From positions 69,874,001-69,938,000 of the forward strand of contig OX597832.1 in the NCBI GenBank assembly GCA_951406725.2: a stretch of 64,000 nt of DNA, read 5' to 3'. The first letter of the stretch is position 1, and every line of letters starts with the position of its first letter. The position numbers and the translations under genes are program-made. Shown piece after piece: positions 1 to 18,409 of the stretch. Origin of the DNA: Octopus vulgaris (taxonomy: Eukaryota). Below the pieces are notes generated by a model, which saw only the letters and a program-made list of their open reading frames with translations, was not told the DNA's origin and did no database searches.

Positions 1-225
1 TATATATATATATACATGTATACATGTATATATGTATACATATATATATATGTATATATGTATATATATACATGTATACATGTATATATGTATACATATA
101 TATATATGTATATATGTATATACATATATATATATATATGCATGTGTGTGTGTATACATACATATGCATATATATGTGTGTATATATACGTATATGCATA
201 CACACATTTACACATCTACGTATAT
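1..225. repeat. Compound (TA)n/(TATG)n/(TG)n microsatellite, representative of dozens of such tracts in the window
   Basis: Directly visible low-complexity repeats. The ORFs here (YIYI/HTHT/CVCV) are repeat translations. Confidence 0.95.
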
Positions 226-764
226 GGCGTTCAACAAAGCCCTCTTGAAATCACGAAATATCTCTTATTCATAGCGCACCATGGCTCTATAGCGATAGAA
301 CAGAGATAGTGTGAAAGCTACGGTGTTGGTGAGGTACATTTTAATGTATGCCTCTTACACGAAGCAGTCGTACCAGCTTCACAGCATTCACAATTTTTCT
401 GAGGAAATGTGCAAACACATTTCATAGAGAAGAGTATTATATTTCGTATAATACACCTTTCATATGCTGTATTATCTCATATTATTTTATTACCTCGATT
501 TGTAGTTAGGCTTTGATACTTATAAAATTCATAGAGTTTTATAGCATTTTATCATAGATTTACCGCATATGTATTAATACATTTATACATTCATACATTT
601 AACAGGCATTATATATTATCCTTAGAAACTCGTATAAAGAAGTGTATATAAACTATAAATTGCAATTTTAACACGATGTTTTATATATACATGCATGTGT
701 ATGTGTGCATCATATGTGTATGTGCATACGTACATACATATTTATGCCTTTTCAGCGAAGTTTC

Positions 765-805
<41 letters not shown>

Positions 806-3760
806 TATACACACACATACACGTATATACATGCATACATACATACATTTATATATGCATACATACCTACCTACCTACATACATACATGCATACAAACAT
901 ACATGCGTACGTACATGTATGTGTGTTTATATCTTTATTCATATATGAATATATGCATATGAGTGTTTGTGGTGATATAAAGAAAGAAAGAAAAGAAGAA
1001 AGAAAGAAAGAAAGAAGGAAAGAAACAAGGCAAGAATTTCTTGCCAAGATTCAAGATAGAATGTGATAAAGTGGGAGACGTTTACATAAAAAGGTGTTGT
1101 GCTGCATAAGAGAAATTGAATATCGTGTTGAAAAGGATATTTTACGTATTTAAATGGCTGTGCACCTTCCACTTTGCAGAACCCGAGGAAAAAAGGTGAT
1201 GGTATGAATCAGCAGCAAATTATTCTCCAAGAGTATTGGTAGAATTTTGGTTATTTCGATTGGCGTCGGGGAGAAAAAGAGTATGATTTGTTTTTCTTTA
1301 TTGTTAAGAGTTCATTGGTGAATAAAGTGAGTGAAAAATGCTGTTGGCCTAGTTATGGTGTATTGTGACGGGGGAATGTAGTGTTGGGTTGATGTTGTCA
1401 GCAAGGGTGATAAGACATAGAAGGGTTTATGTGTGAGTAGGAGGCATGGATGGGGGAAACAATGTTCAGAAAGATGTTGGTCAGAATATTGTAGAAATTG
1501 AATCAAATATCAATAAGATTAACTGTGTCGAATGCACGTGCAAAGTTGTAAACAACTCAGAATAATTACCGAAAGACGCCATCTGCAAGAAAAAGCTAAA
1601 GTTAAGTCAGCTGCCCTCTTGAAAGTGAAGTGTGCCTGAAGCAAACGAATGGATTAGGCATAATCTCGTTATATAATGACAGTTCCACTTGGCATAGTAC
1701 ACGGACGGTTAAGCTGAGTAATTTCTCAAAGGCTTTCATTTATGCTATCAAGCATTAAATATGCTCAGCTAATCCTTTCTGCAAAGTTATCGTACAGTGA
1801 CGTTATGTGAATGTCATAAAACATTCCCTGAGTAGCTATTAGTCCTATTGCAGATTTTATTGAAAACTCGGAATTACTGCTGCTATAGCAAAACCTATAC
1901 CATCGAACAATGGATTTTATAGTTAAGACGTTCACTTGGAAATGGTTCCGTCTATGATTGTATTATGACATAAACTTAGACATTTCTCATTCCTCTTAAC
2001 GAAATATTCACAGTATTAAATACTAAATTTACTGTTGTCTTTCATAATGACATCGCATTTAAGTAATTAGTTTCAATGATACCTTCTGATTTTAAGATTC
2101 TAATTTTCTTCCCATGACTATATAATTACGAAGTTTTGCATCGATTTAATGGATTCTCTCGTCACAGTTTCGACCTTTACCGAAAGAGCTAGTTCAGATT
2201 TATTTTCTACCTTTAACGAAATAACATTAAATTTTTGTACATGCTGTTGACTTTACCTTGCAGCACAGGTATTTCTTGTCGGGTAGTTAACATTCACTGA
2301 ATTATATTTTGTTTCTAACATAAGTACAAAGATAGAAAGTGTTTGGAAGGTTAACTTCACTCCACTTTTTGATCGACGCAGCAAGGTTGAGCGACATTGT
2401 TGAAAACTGCGAGAATTCAACGCTAAGCGTAAACGACCGGAGGTGAAAATGTTCAAACGATTTGTTTTGTCAGTCCAACACCTTTACTCACATCATTCAA
2501 TATGCTAATAATAAGTTACTTGTTTTGATGAACAAGCAATTAAAACAATTAAAGCAATTAAAACAAAATTAAGATTTTCAGATTTTTGAAATAAGCCAAT
2601 TTACGAAATTCTAAACTAATTTAAGCTTAACTAGTCCAAGATAATGTTAATGTCGTCACTAATATAATTAATGTAATAAACGAAAGCACTTCGATTAATT
2701 AAAACCACGACGAGGAGGGAAAATAATTTGATTAATTCTAAGTTGTGGTAAAGTAAAGCAAGGGAGACAACTTTTACTTTCTGATTGATTAAAATATAAT
2801 TGATTGAAACATAATTGATTAAAATATAATTCATTTGAATATTTAATGCAAACAATGTGCTTGGAAGTGAATTTGATCTTGTTACGTCACGGCGACAATT
2901 AACATCGCTGTGGCACGCGGATTCTACTTCGGCATTCATTAAGATTCTCAGTCATATTAGTACTCGTTAACAGTTAATGTTTCTTCTTCGTTTAGCTAAT
3001 CATGAGATGAACTCGGGATAAAACTAGGACCAGGTAATCCGAAAATCTATCATAAATTAACGTTAGTCGAATGTTAATAACGCTTTCAGTGAGTATCACT
3101 CAGATGGTATGTTTTATTGAATGCTCCACTCGGATTTGCTGCAATAGCTACAGAGAAAAAATATTCCCCCGTGTAATGGCGTTTACGTTGACGGTTTCCT
3201 CGTGGAAGGCACAAAGCTCTGATGGTGATACGTTGTTAACTTGGACATTTCTCATCTTCCTTTATTCCGAATTCATTAATGTGTTGCAAGTGAAATAAGG
3301 AAATATCGTTAACAAAGACCGAACATTTATATGTGTGTGTGTGTATCTTTACACATATCTACATACACATATATACGCCCACATACATATACATACAAAT
3401 ACACTCATACGCATATATATATATATATATATCCTTTAAATTCAATTATGGGAAACGTTTTTGAGTGTTTATATAAAAGCTCCCACTTTACTCTGTCGGT
3501 TTCAGCCTAATGATACCAACTTATAATAGCATTTTTATGGGGTTGTACAGAGTTGTGCCGATATAATGCAGGACATATATAGTAATAAAAGTAATAATCT
3601 ATAATCATTCCCTTCGCTCCTTCCATCACCTTCTCCTCACGAAATACACACAGAACTGCCCAAATAATAAGGAAATATCCTGTAAACATTTTCATAGGTG
3701 AAAATCGATAAACAACCTTCACCTTCAGTAATATATTCGCTGCTCTCAACGTTAATGCCA

Positions 3761-3885
3761 TATCGCCTGAGGAAATGAACACATGAATTATGATCCATGG
3801 ATACTATGTGCGGAACTGTAATCGTCCCGGAATACGGAGTATGATTGCAAGAAACGTCTGACCTTTGGAAACACGCGTAGCGATG
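3761..3885 (+). ncRNA. Candidate type I hammerhead ribozyme with a large branched stem II insert
   Basis: TATCGC-CTGAGGA (3767-3773)...GAAA-CACGCG-TA-GCGATG. Stem I TATCGC/GCGATG, GUA cleavage triplet, near-palindromic stem III. The stem II closing pairs are weak. Confidence 0.5.
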
Positions 3886-4665
3886 CATAAAATATTTATA
3901 AATTTCATCCATGTATTATTATTGCTATCACTCTGTGTATATATACATATATATATGTGTGTGTGTGTGTGTATATATATCCATATATATATATATATAT
4001 ATATATATATGGATATATATACATACACACACATGCGCAAAACACGCACACACATACATAATGTCAAATATATGAGCGGTCATGTAAAACTGTAACTGAA
4101 TCAGAGCCATCACTCAGAAGTGAGAATGGCTTTATATCATTCACCTTGCTTTCTCTCCAGCCACCTTTCACACTGAAGAGCATCGAGGATGTTATAGCCA
4201 GAGCATGGCAGTTTCACCAGTACTTGGCTGCTGCAGTCCTGCTGTGTAGACTGGAACAAGATGAAAAAGAGGGAGCTTTGCTCATAGAGAAAACGCAGTA
4301 TAGCGTTCAACAACTGAATGCCCGAACTGACGACTGGAAACCAAATATCTCCAGTACGCCATAAACATTTTCGGATCTACAAATCTGAGTGGTAAGAAAC
4401 TGAAATCGTGATATGAATATCACATTTGTATTAACTATCTATCCATTTATATATTCCTCCTCTCTCTCTCCCACTTTCTCTTTCTCTCTCTTTATATACA
4501 TATATATATGTATGTATGTACGTATATATGTATATACATATATACATATGTATGTATATATCTATATACATAGATACATATATATATATATATATATATA
4601 TAAACATACATGTATACGTACGTATGTATATGTGTGACTATGCATGTGTTTGTGCGAGTTCAGGC

Positions 4666-4711
<46 letters not shown>

Positions 4712-4815
4712 CCGGAGTAAACACATAAATGTGAAACAAGGTGGAAAAAAGAGTACTCAAATACCAGTGGTAGAGTAATATGCTTTATTTTAAGCAGCAG
4801 AAAATTCAACAAAAT

Positions 4816-4853
4816 CTGTTACTCTGAGTTTCTCGTTGCCGTTCATCAGACAG
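4816..4853 (-). ncRNA. Minimal type I hammerhead ribozyme in the PLE 3' pLTR (sense to the ORF)
   Basis: Reverse complement reads CTGT-CTGATGA-aCG(GCAA)CGa-GAAA-CTCAGAG-TA-ACAG: intact core, GNRA-capped stem II, palindromic stem III, GUA site. Confidence 0.85.
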
Positions 4854-5841
4854 TTTCTGCTAGAATGGAACATATATATTAATTCAATCTATACTCTTAC
4901 AAACGCTACATCTTTAAAAAGAAATGGACTTGTTTGATTGGCCCTTTAGAAAAAACGGTCAATCTTCGAGCGATAAACAAAAGGTCAAAAATATATGTAT
5001 ATATATATAAAAAAACTTATAAAAATTATAAAATCCGAGGAAAAAACCGAGGAAAAAACCTATTGCCGTTAATGAAGACAGTACAAATTAATGCATAGAA
5101 ATTAAACCTGTTATAAATACTGCAATACATATTTATATTAAAATCCACATATATATATCAACATACACAAAAGGATGCGCGTAAACGCCATACATACATA
5201 TACAGACGTATGAATATGAATCTAAATTATACACATAAAAGCATGTGTACATATATTCACGCAAACCGTCTCGCACGCAAGCTAAAATTCATCTATGTAG
5301 CAATTCTCATATACTGAGCAAGGAGGGGGAACGAAAGAAAGGGAAAGAGAGAAAAAGGAACGAAGGAGGGGTGGGGAAAAAACTTGTAGCGATATTATTG
5401 CCATCTATAGAGGCCAGTATACATACACAAGTTTGAATTGATACATATACATACCGTCGTGTGTATGCGTGCTTAAGCACAAGCATACTTTCACTTACAC
5501 ATACACAGATACGCATGCTTACAAATACATATGCTTTGCTATACACAAACTTATATAAACATTCTAAATTTGACAACATTGCTTTTAAAAAATGGGTGCA
5601 TTAATAAAAATATATACGAAAGACATATAAAATAAAATATAACATCCTATTTCGGGTCATTTATAAATAATCAAGGTTAAATATATAATCAAGGTAATCT
5701 TATGCAATACAATAACATGAAAACAAAGTTTGTAGGTTTTTCCTAATATATATGTAGAAACAATAAGACTTTGCTATAGGTCCGTCGTAGCGCTCAAAAG
5801 TCAAAATCAAAATCAAAAAATCAAAATACAAAATATATACT

Positions 5842-6925
5842 CTATCCATATGGTATATTTATATTCGACATTTTAAATTTAGCCGTGTGCCTACATAACT
5901 TCATTAATTCACTTCTTTGATTCAAAGAATTATTGTCTTTGAATAATATGTGCATTTTTTCTAATAAGCAAAGCCTGCACTTGAAATTATATTTGTAAGC
6001 TCCATGCCTGTATGGTGCCGCCCTGTCCAGAATGCTCCATGTCACGTTGAAAGGTGGGGTTTCCTTTTCTTTTAGTTCCCAGACATATTTTGCTAGGCTG
6101 GTTTTCTTTCTATTCTCTGGGTATTTAAAAGAATTCTTATGAGAATAAAATCTTGTTTTAAATGAATTTTCTGAACCCCTGTGTATGTCTTGTATTCCGA
6201 TGAGCCTTCCACTTGCACCTTGGCTCTATAAACTACTTCTTTCACTAGACATTTCCCTTCTAACGGACAGGAGCTTTCGTTTTTGAAATTACATTTCTTA
6301 ATGGGCTCGGCACCATGTCTAATCTCAATTAGCTTCCTATTATGTTGGCTAATGTAAGAGGCGAAATTTCTGCAACAAGAATAGCTAACCTTCAGGGTTC
6401 TTCTATTAAATATTCTGTAGAATTTATGACCCTGCCTAAAATGCTTAGAGACTAATCTCAAAAATTCCTTACCTATATTAGTCTTTACGGCCAAATTGAA
6501 AGCCGGGTTGAACCACAAAACTTTCCTGGTCCTAGTTCTTCGTGCAGCATTATTATTCGCATTAAGCTGGTTGAACTGGATCTTCTCCGAGAATCCACTA
6601 TTCTTTAATGCGCTATCGTAATAAGGTGCAGCATTATGGAATGCTGCCTCGTCCGAAGAAATTGAAGATATTCTTCTACCTACATTGCTGACTAAGTTGC
6701 TAAGGATAACTGGTGGATGGTTCGAATCTTTGCTAATATACGATAGCTTTTCATTGGGCTTACGGAAAGGTTTAAATCTATCCGATCTTACATTAAAATT
6801 TACGTCTAAAAAATCTACACTATTCAGGTTAGTATCTATCGTAATCCGTAAGCCCATCCTTTGAAAGAAAGCTATAAGGTCCTTCCTAAGTCTATCTGAT
6901 TCATGGCCGTTTAGATTATGCGTGG
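5842..6925 (-). pseudogene. PLE RT C-terminal part (FLDV, KP, SNHPP, WFNP, KVSYSC) plus GIY-YIG endonuclease, frameshifted
   Basis: ORFs 6093-7046 and 5842-6045: DFLDVNFN...FRKPNEKLSYISKDSNHPP, CN(F)x5CPLEGKC-x4-VVY...YTG, WSIL...CRLCLLEK...LNQRSEL...CRH. Residues encoded above ~6925 come from the inverted arm and are not RT. Confidence 0.88.
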
Positions 6926-7630
6926 CTATGTTGTCAAATTTAGAATGTTTATATAAGTTTGTGTATAGCAAAGCATATGTATTTGTAAGCATGCGTATCT
7001 GTGTATGTGTAAGTGAAAGTATGCTTACGGTATGTATATGTATCAATTCAAACTTGTGTATGTATACTGGCCTCTATAGATGGCAATAATATCGCTACAA
7101 GTTTTTTCCCCACCCCTCCTTCGTTCCTTTTTCTCTCTTTCCCTTTCTTTCGTTCCCCCTCCTTGCTCAGTATATGAGAATTGCTACATAGATGAATTTT
7201 AGCTTGCGTGCGAGACGGTTTGCGTGAATATATGTACACATGCTTTTATGTGTATAATTTAGATTCATATTCATACGTCTGTATATGTATGTATGGCGTT
7301 TACGCGCATCCTTTTGTGTATGTTGATATATATATGTGGATTTTAATATAAATATGTATTGCAGTATTTATAACAGGTTTAATTTCTATGCATTAATTTG
7401 TACTGTCTTCATTAACGGCAATAGGTTTTTTCCTCGGTTTTTTCCTCGGATTTTATAATTTTTATAAGTTTTTTTATATATATATACATATATTTTTGAC
7501 CTTTTGTTTATCGCTCGAAGATTGACCGTTTTTTCTAAAGGGCCAATCAAACAAGTCCATTTCTTTTTAAAGATGTAGCGTTTGTAAGAGTATAGATTGA
7601 ATTAATATATATGTTCCATTCTAGCAAAAA

Positions 7631-7668
7631 CTGTCTGATGAACGGCAACGAGAAACTCAGAGTAACAG
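7631..7668 (+). ncRNA. Minimal type I hammerhead ribozyme (copy in the inverted pLTR)
   Basis: ctgt ctgatga acggcaacga gaaa ctcagag ta acag, identical to the 4816-4853 copy. Confidence 0.85.
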
Positions 7669-7701
7669 ATTTTGTTGAATTTTCTGCTGCTTAAAATAAA
7701 G

Positions 7702-7732
<31 letters not shown>

Positions 7733-8047
7733 GTTTTGTAAGATTCTAACACACACACACACAAACATGCACGAAATTTCATTCACCTTGCTTTAAGAAC
7801 ACAACTAACAATGTCAGCAGCAGCGACGGTGCCAACGACGGCAATAACAGCAACAACTACCACGATAGCAACACCATGGGAGAAGGCACATATACAGAAG
7901 AATAGAGGAACTGTACCATATTTTTTTCGGGTCGTAGGACAGCCACTGCACAATGAGGTGAGAAGCTGGGGCTGAGGGGAAGACTATACTGCTACTAAAA
8001 ACTATATCATGCACACAAGCATACACACACATACACACACGCGCACG

Positions 8048-8111
<64 letters not shown>

Positions 8112-8443
8112 GAAGGACAAAAACGCATGCGCACATAAGGATAGACATCTTAGAAGAACAGAATGGAGTAAGTGGAACAAGAGCACAGGTGAAAAGTGTT
8201 TCTGAAGAAGTAACAGATATGTGATGAAAGATTTCCGGACAATGGACATGAGTTAAAATAATGAAATAAGGACAGTAATAAACGAGTGAAGAAAAATATA
8301 TATAGTGCGTGTGTTTGTTTAGAAAAAAATGACCATCCCGAAATACAACAATTTACATACATACATAGATACATACATATATATGTATATATATATATAT
8401 ATAAACACACACACACACTCACACGCACAAACACACACACACA

Positions 8444-8534
<91 letters not shown>

Positions 8535-9646
8535 TTGCATACATGCATAGTGTTATATTATATTTTGCGCTTCGAAATGATGCTATCACATCGATCGACC
8601 GATATTTCTAGAACTTTTCAGCTTTAGCTCCTGGCACAAGTGCTTATTGGTAGTTATTAAATGTTATTAGTGTTGTTTGATATCTCTGTTTCATCGTGAG
8701 GCGAAACTGGTTTGAATGAAGAAGCAATTTTCTCTAAATACAAAAGACCAGAGAGCAGAATGAAAATCAACAAAGCATGTATTAAAGGTTTATCCGAATC
8801 AAATGCATTTTGACTATAAATTAGATGAAGAGGACCTCGAAAAATGCTAACGCAGCATACATTATACCTAACCTTGAACAGTTATTGATAATATACTACA
8901 AACATATTGTAAATAGCTTATAGAAAATAAAAATCTTCCTATAAATAATGGAATGTTGAGGTAAAACTGCAACCTGTACAATTTTTCCAAGTTTACCTTG
9001 GATTATATGAGAGAGGACGATTTACAGACTCTAATTTTCGATGAAAGCCATACATTGTCGATCGATCTTCTTTATAAACCGATTCCAAACTGGCACTCGC
9101 AGAATTTATAAATGTGGGACGTATTGAGTAGCATGTTACTAGATATAAAATGCACTAAGGCGATGCTATGGTCACGATTGGAGTTCTCTAAGTAATCATA
9201 ATTTGCAATCATGACTGACCCTGTGTAAGAAATGGGTCTAAGTTAATGATGGATTTCTATTTTTTACTGATAATTGTCATTCGACTGAAGACCTGCTGTT
9301 TTAATGGATCATTTTCAATCATTAATGTGTTTATCTGATCAGAACTGGAACTGGAAATACACACGTTACTACCACAATAACCTTCCTGATCTCTGTCAGC
9401 TAAATAATACAATCATAGAGCAGTAGATGAGCAGGGTTAAATCAACTGCGTGCATTTGTCCCTTTGCACTATTAAGACAGGTAAAAAAAAAACACGAAGG
9501 TAAGGATCTTATAAATCACTGTTTTGCTGAGAATTCCGCGAAAGTGTTAGCATCCAGTGTTGACGGTCAAATAGCATTCAGCCACGTAAGTGATACTCAG
9601 TTCCACGTGACATTTCAGAGAGAGTCTCCTTTCAGCCTATTTCTGA

Positions 9647-9845
9647 GCACAAGCCCAGCAATTTCGAGGAAGGGGCTACGTCGAATTCATGGACCCTAGT
9701 ACTCAACTGGTACTTATTTTATCGACGTTGAAGGAAAAAAGGCAAAGTCGACCTCGGCGGAATTTGAACTCAGAATGTAATGAAGGGCGAAATATCACCA
9801 GGCATTTCATCCAGTGTGCTATCAATTCTGCCAGCTAGCTGCCTT
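9647..9845 (-). mobile_element. tRNA-derived SINE with a Nin-like central domain
   Basis: Reverse complement has box A (TGGCAGAATTG), box B (GAGTTCAAATTC), then GAGGTCGACTTTGCCTT...GTCGATAAAATAAGTACCAG. Homologous to the copies at 21640, 54590 and 63372. Confidence 0.8.
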
Positions 9846-12751
<2,906 letters not shown>

Positions 12752-12752
<1 letters not shown>

Positions 12753-12930
12753 GGTGCCCACCTGCAGGGTCACGCGCTGCTTATCTTGATACGCGATCAC
12801 CATGTTGCGCAGATATGGTTGTGCTGCATGTGTCTAGTGTACGCTTATCAGATAGTTGGGTATATTGGGCTTCGTATATTTGTACTCGAGTGTCGCTTTG
12901 ATGGCATGCGCTGCTCTCTCACTCACTCAC
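12752..12930 (+). mobile_element. Truncated, diverged copy of the ~530 bp (AAT)n-associated non-coding repeat
   Basis: Reverse-complement homology to 13590-13750. Ends ...GCTGCTCTCTCACTC followed by (AAT)n. Confidence 0.8.
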
Positions 12931-12977
<47 letters not shown>

Positions 12978-13316
12978 TCTATAAGGTTAATGACACCATA
13001 TACATGAATGTGTGCTACCTCGAAATGCAACAGATAGCAATAGGCCTCCAGTCGACCCAAAATATCTAAATTATTGAAGGACATACTGTAGAATATCGAT
13101 ATTAAATAGGTTATAAGAGATGGGGATGGCCATGGTGGAACAACTTATATCATAAATTTGGAAGCAAACGGATAATCAGACACAATAATAGCAATTATTA
13201 ATTCTACCAACACTAAACTACATCCCCTAAACACTCACCAAAACCATCATGACTGCCGTTACTACTGTTACTACTACAATTACTACAGGTCTCGCTGTTG
13301 TTGCTGTTGCTGCTAA

Positions 13317-13589
<273 letters not shown>

Positions 13590-14117
13590 GAGTGAGAGAG
13601 CAGTACATGCCATCAAAGTGAAGCCCAGTATACCCATCATGACTACCCGTCTGATAAGGTTACACTAAGCACATGCATTACAACCATATGTGCGCGACAT
13701 GGTGAACTCATATCAAGATAAACAGCGCATGACCTTGCAGGTTGGGCCCAGTTAAAATTTTCTTCTGGTCGAGTAACACATCCCGCTCAAAGGGTCCCTG
13801 AATAAGGATTGTTTAAGGATGTTGAACGAACCACACATGTTTCCAAAGGTGAATTATCCAAACCTCCAAGAATTCTTTTCAACACACGGCTATGATGCTA
13901 CCCCACTACTTCTGCTCACGGTCAGAGATGCACATATCATCAGCCACTAAGGGACATGGTCAACTGGTAAAGGTCAAACAACTGACAAGCAAATCTGTGG
14001 TATTGAGCAGAATATTTGCTGTAAGCCCTTCTTTTATACCAAGACAAAACAATGTACATGATAACACTTCCAATCAGTTTAGATCAGAAGCCATGAGAGC
14101 CACTGTCTGGTACTGCA
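13590..14117 (-). mobile_element. ~530 bp non-coding (AAT)n-associated retroposon, copy 1
   Basis: Similar over its full length to 14136-14667, bounded by (ATT)n on both sides, no meaningful ORF. Confidence 0.8.
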
Positions 14118-14135
14118 ATTATTATTATTATTATT

Positions 14136-14665
14136 GAGTGAGAGAGCAGTGTAAAATATACGAAGCCCAATATACCCATCATCACTACTCGTCTGATAAG
14201 GGTACACCAGGCACATGCATCACAACCAAATGTGCGCGACATAATGATCTCATATCAAGATAAACAGCACATGACCTTGCAGGTGGGGCCCAGTTAGAAT
14301 TTTCTTCAGGTTCAGTAGCCCATCCCGCTCAAACGGTCCCTGAATAAGGGTTGTTTAAGGATGTTGAAAAAACCACCCATGTTTCCAGAGGTGAATTATT
14401 CAAACCCCAAAGAATCCCTCTCAATACATGGCTATGATGCTCCCCCACTACTTCTGCTCGTGATCAGAGATGCACATATCATCAGCCACTAAGGGACATG
14501 CTCAACTGGTTAAGGTCAAACAACTGACAAGCAAATCTGTGGTATTGAGCAGAATATTTGCTGTAGCCCATCTTTTATACCAAGACAAAACAATGTACAT
14601 GATAACACTTCCAATCAGTTAAGATCAGAAGCCATGAGAGCCACTGCCTGGTACTGCATCAGGGC

Positions 14666-14667
<2 letters not shown>
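14136..14667 (-). mobile_element. ~530 bp non-coding (AAT)n-associated retroposon, copy 2
   Basis: Tandem partner of 13590-14117, separated from it and from the Dong-type LINE by (ATT)n. Confidence 0.8.
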
Positions 14668-17023
<2,356 letters not shown>

Positions 17024-17156
17024 ACAATAGTAGTTACAAATGCTACCAAAACATTAACAACACCATCGACAGCACGAGATTAACAATCACAATCACACAA
17101 TCAACTAGAGCTAAAAGAACAGAGATGTGCATCATTAAGAATAAAAAGGATAAAAC

Positions 17157-17208
<52 letters not shown>

Positions 17209-17477
17209 CGGAAGTGTTGGAGAGGAAGAAATATTTCAAAATATCTATAAAGATATATCAAGAAGATTGATATATTTTTATAGAATTTACTTCATAAACG
17301 AGTTCCGGCTAATAACAGAAAGAGAGAAAGAGAAAGAGAGAGAGAGACACGTAGACGGACAGAGAATAAAATCATAATGAATATATGTGTGTATGCGTGT
17401 ATATATATATATTGATAGATAGATAGACAGATAGATATATAATTATATGTGTGTGTGTGTGTGTGTGTGTATATACA

Positions 17478-17780
17478 TAAAAGAGATACCCGAAGAATAG
17501 GATATCTGACTCGCTAGAAAGAGCAGTTAAAACTCCAAGCCACCAATTGTTGTAATACCGAAAGTGATTGAAAAATAAAAACGTTTACCTTAATCCTTTT
17601 AACTGCTCTTTCTAGCGAGTCAGATATCCTATTCTTCGGGTATCTCTTTTGTTTTTGAACGAACACTGTATTCTTCTCTGAATAATATATAGTCTATTGA
17701 CTAATTTTTTCTCGCTAGTCCACTGGTAACTAAGAAGTTTTCGATAAATATTCTTGTTACCCTAAGATTTAATTAAGCAA
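17478..17780 (+). mobile_element. Short 5'-inverted pLTR-like element related to the 26037-26923 family
   Basis: Perfect ~53 bp inverted repeat (17479-17532 / 17597-17650). CTAGAAAGAGCAG(T/C)TAAA, the spacer and the tail (ATATAGTCT.TTGACTA...CCCT) align with the 26 kb element. Confidence 0.7.
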
Positions 17781-18254
17781 GTCTGCACAAACAGATGCTC
17801 TTATATATGCACAAGAGCGCGCGTTTTCCATTCAATAATGCAATTGCATGAAACACGCATAATCAGGCATACACAATTTACACACAGGTATACGTAGAAA
17901 TATGTATATATACACGTGTCAGTAGGTGTATTATTCATGTCCCTGTATAAACACATATGCACACATATATATTACTCGAAATGTGGAGTACAAGAAGAAC
18001 CGACAACCGATGAAGGGTCGTTCTTTATGTTACTTGCCTTGTTTTCCATTTGTTGCTCACGTTGTTCGTATATCCAAATTTGCCTTCGTATTTCATGTTG
18101 TTTACGTTTCGTGACGTCCTGTACCCATAAATACATATATACATATATTTTATCTATATTATTATATGTTTGAACCCCACGCATCCATTTCCATATAAGT
18201 ATACACACACACACACACACATATGTGTGCGTGGGCGTGTATGTATGTATGTAA

Positions 18255-18302
<48 letters not shown>

Positions 18303-18347
18303 TTACATACATACACGCCCACGCACACACATGTAAATGTATATATG

Positions 18348-18384
<37 letters not shown>

Positions 18385-18409
18385 CTGTGTCTGTGTCTGT
18401 GTTTGTCCC

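Larger units (their letters stand above)
4710..7706 (-). mobile_element. Penelope-like retroelement (C-terminal GIY-YIG type, probably Hydra clade), 5'-truncated with an inverted pLTR copy, inserted in (TA)n
   Basis: Inverted repeat of ~800 bp (4778-5582 vs 6925-7706, the right arm missing ~24 bp). Unique 3' tail at 4710-4777, RT-thumb and endonuclease coding remnant between the arms, one HHR in each arm, (TA)n on both flanks. Confidence 0.9.

Noticed and set aside
225-430. Possible hammerhead (TTGGTGA..hairpin..GAAG..GTA; CTGAGGA plus hairpin)
   Set aside because: Too many core mismatches and no consistent stems I and III.
16-1066. Numerous YIYI/HTHT/CVCV/LSIY ORFs here and throughout the window
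   Set aside because: Stop-free microsatellite frames.
1160-1510. Possible old PLE coding remnant (similar hints at 62640-62900 and 63580-63830)
   Set aside because: Too degenerate to support without a profile search.
5245-5436. Identical 63 aa ORFs at 5245-5436 (+) and 7048-7239 (-)
   Set aside because: A by-product of the PLE inverted repeat, with no protein features.
5842-6925. Selenocysteine recoding as in Naiad PLEs
   Set aside because: The endonuclease is C-terminal, and the altered Cys position is TTC, not an in-frame TGA.
9760-9845. tRNA gene
   Set aside because: The A and B boxes belong to a SINE head, and there is no cloverleaf.
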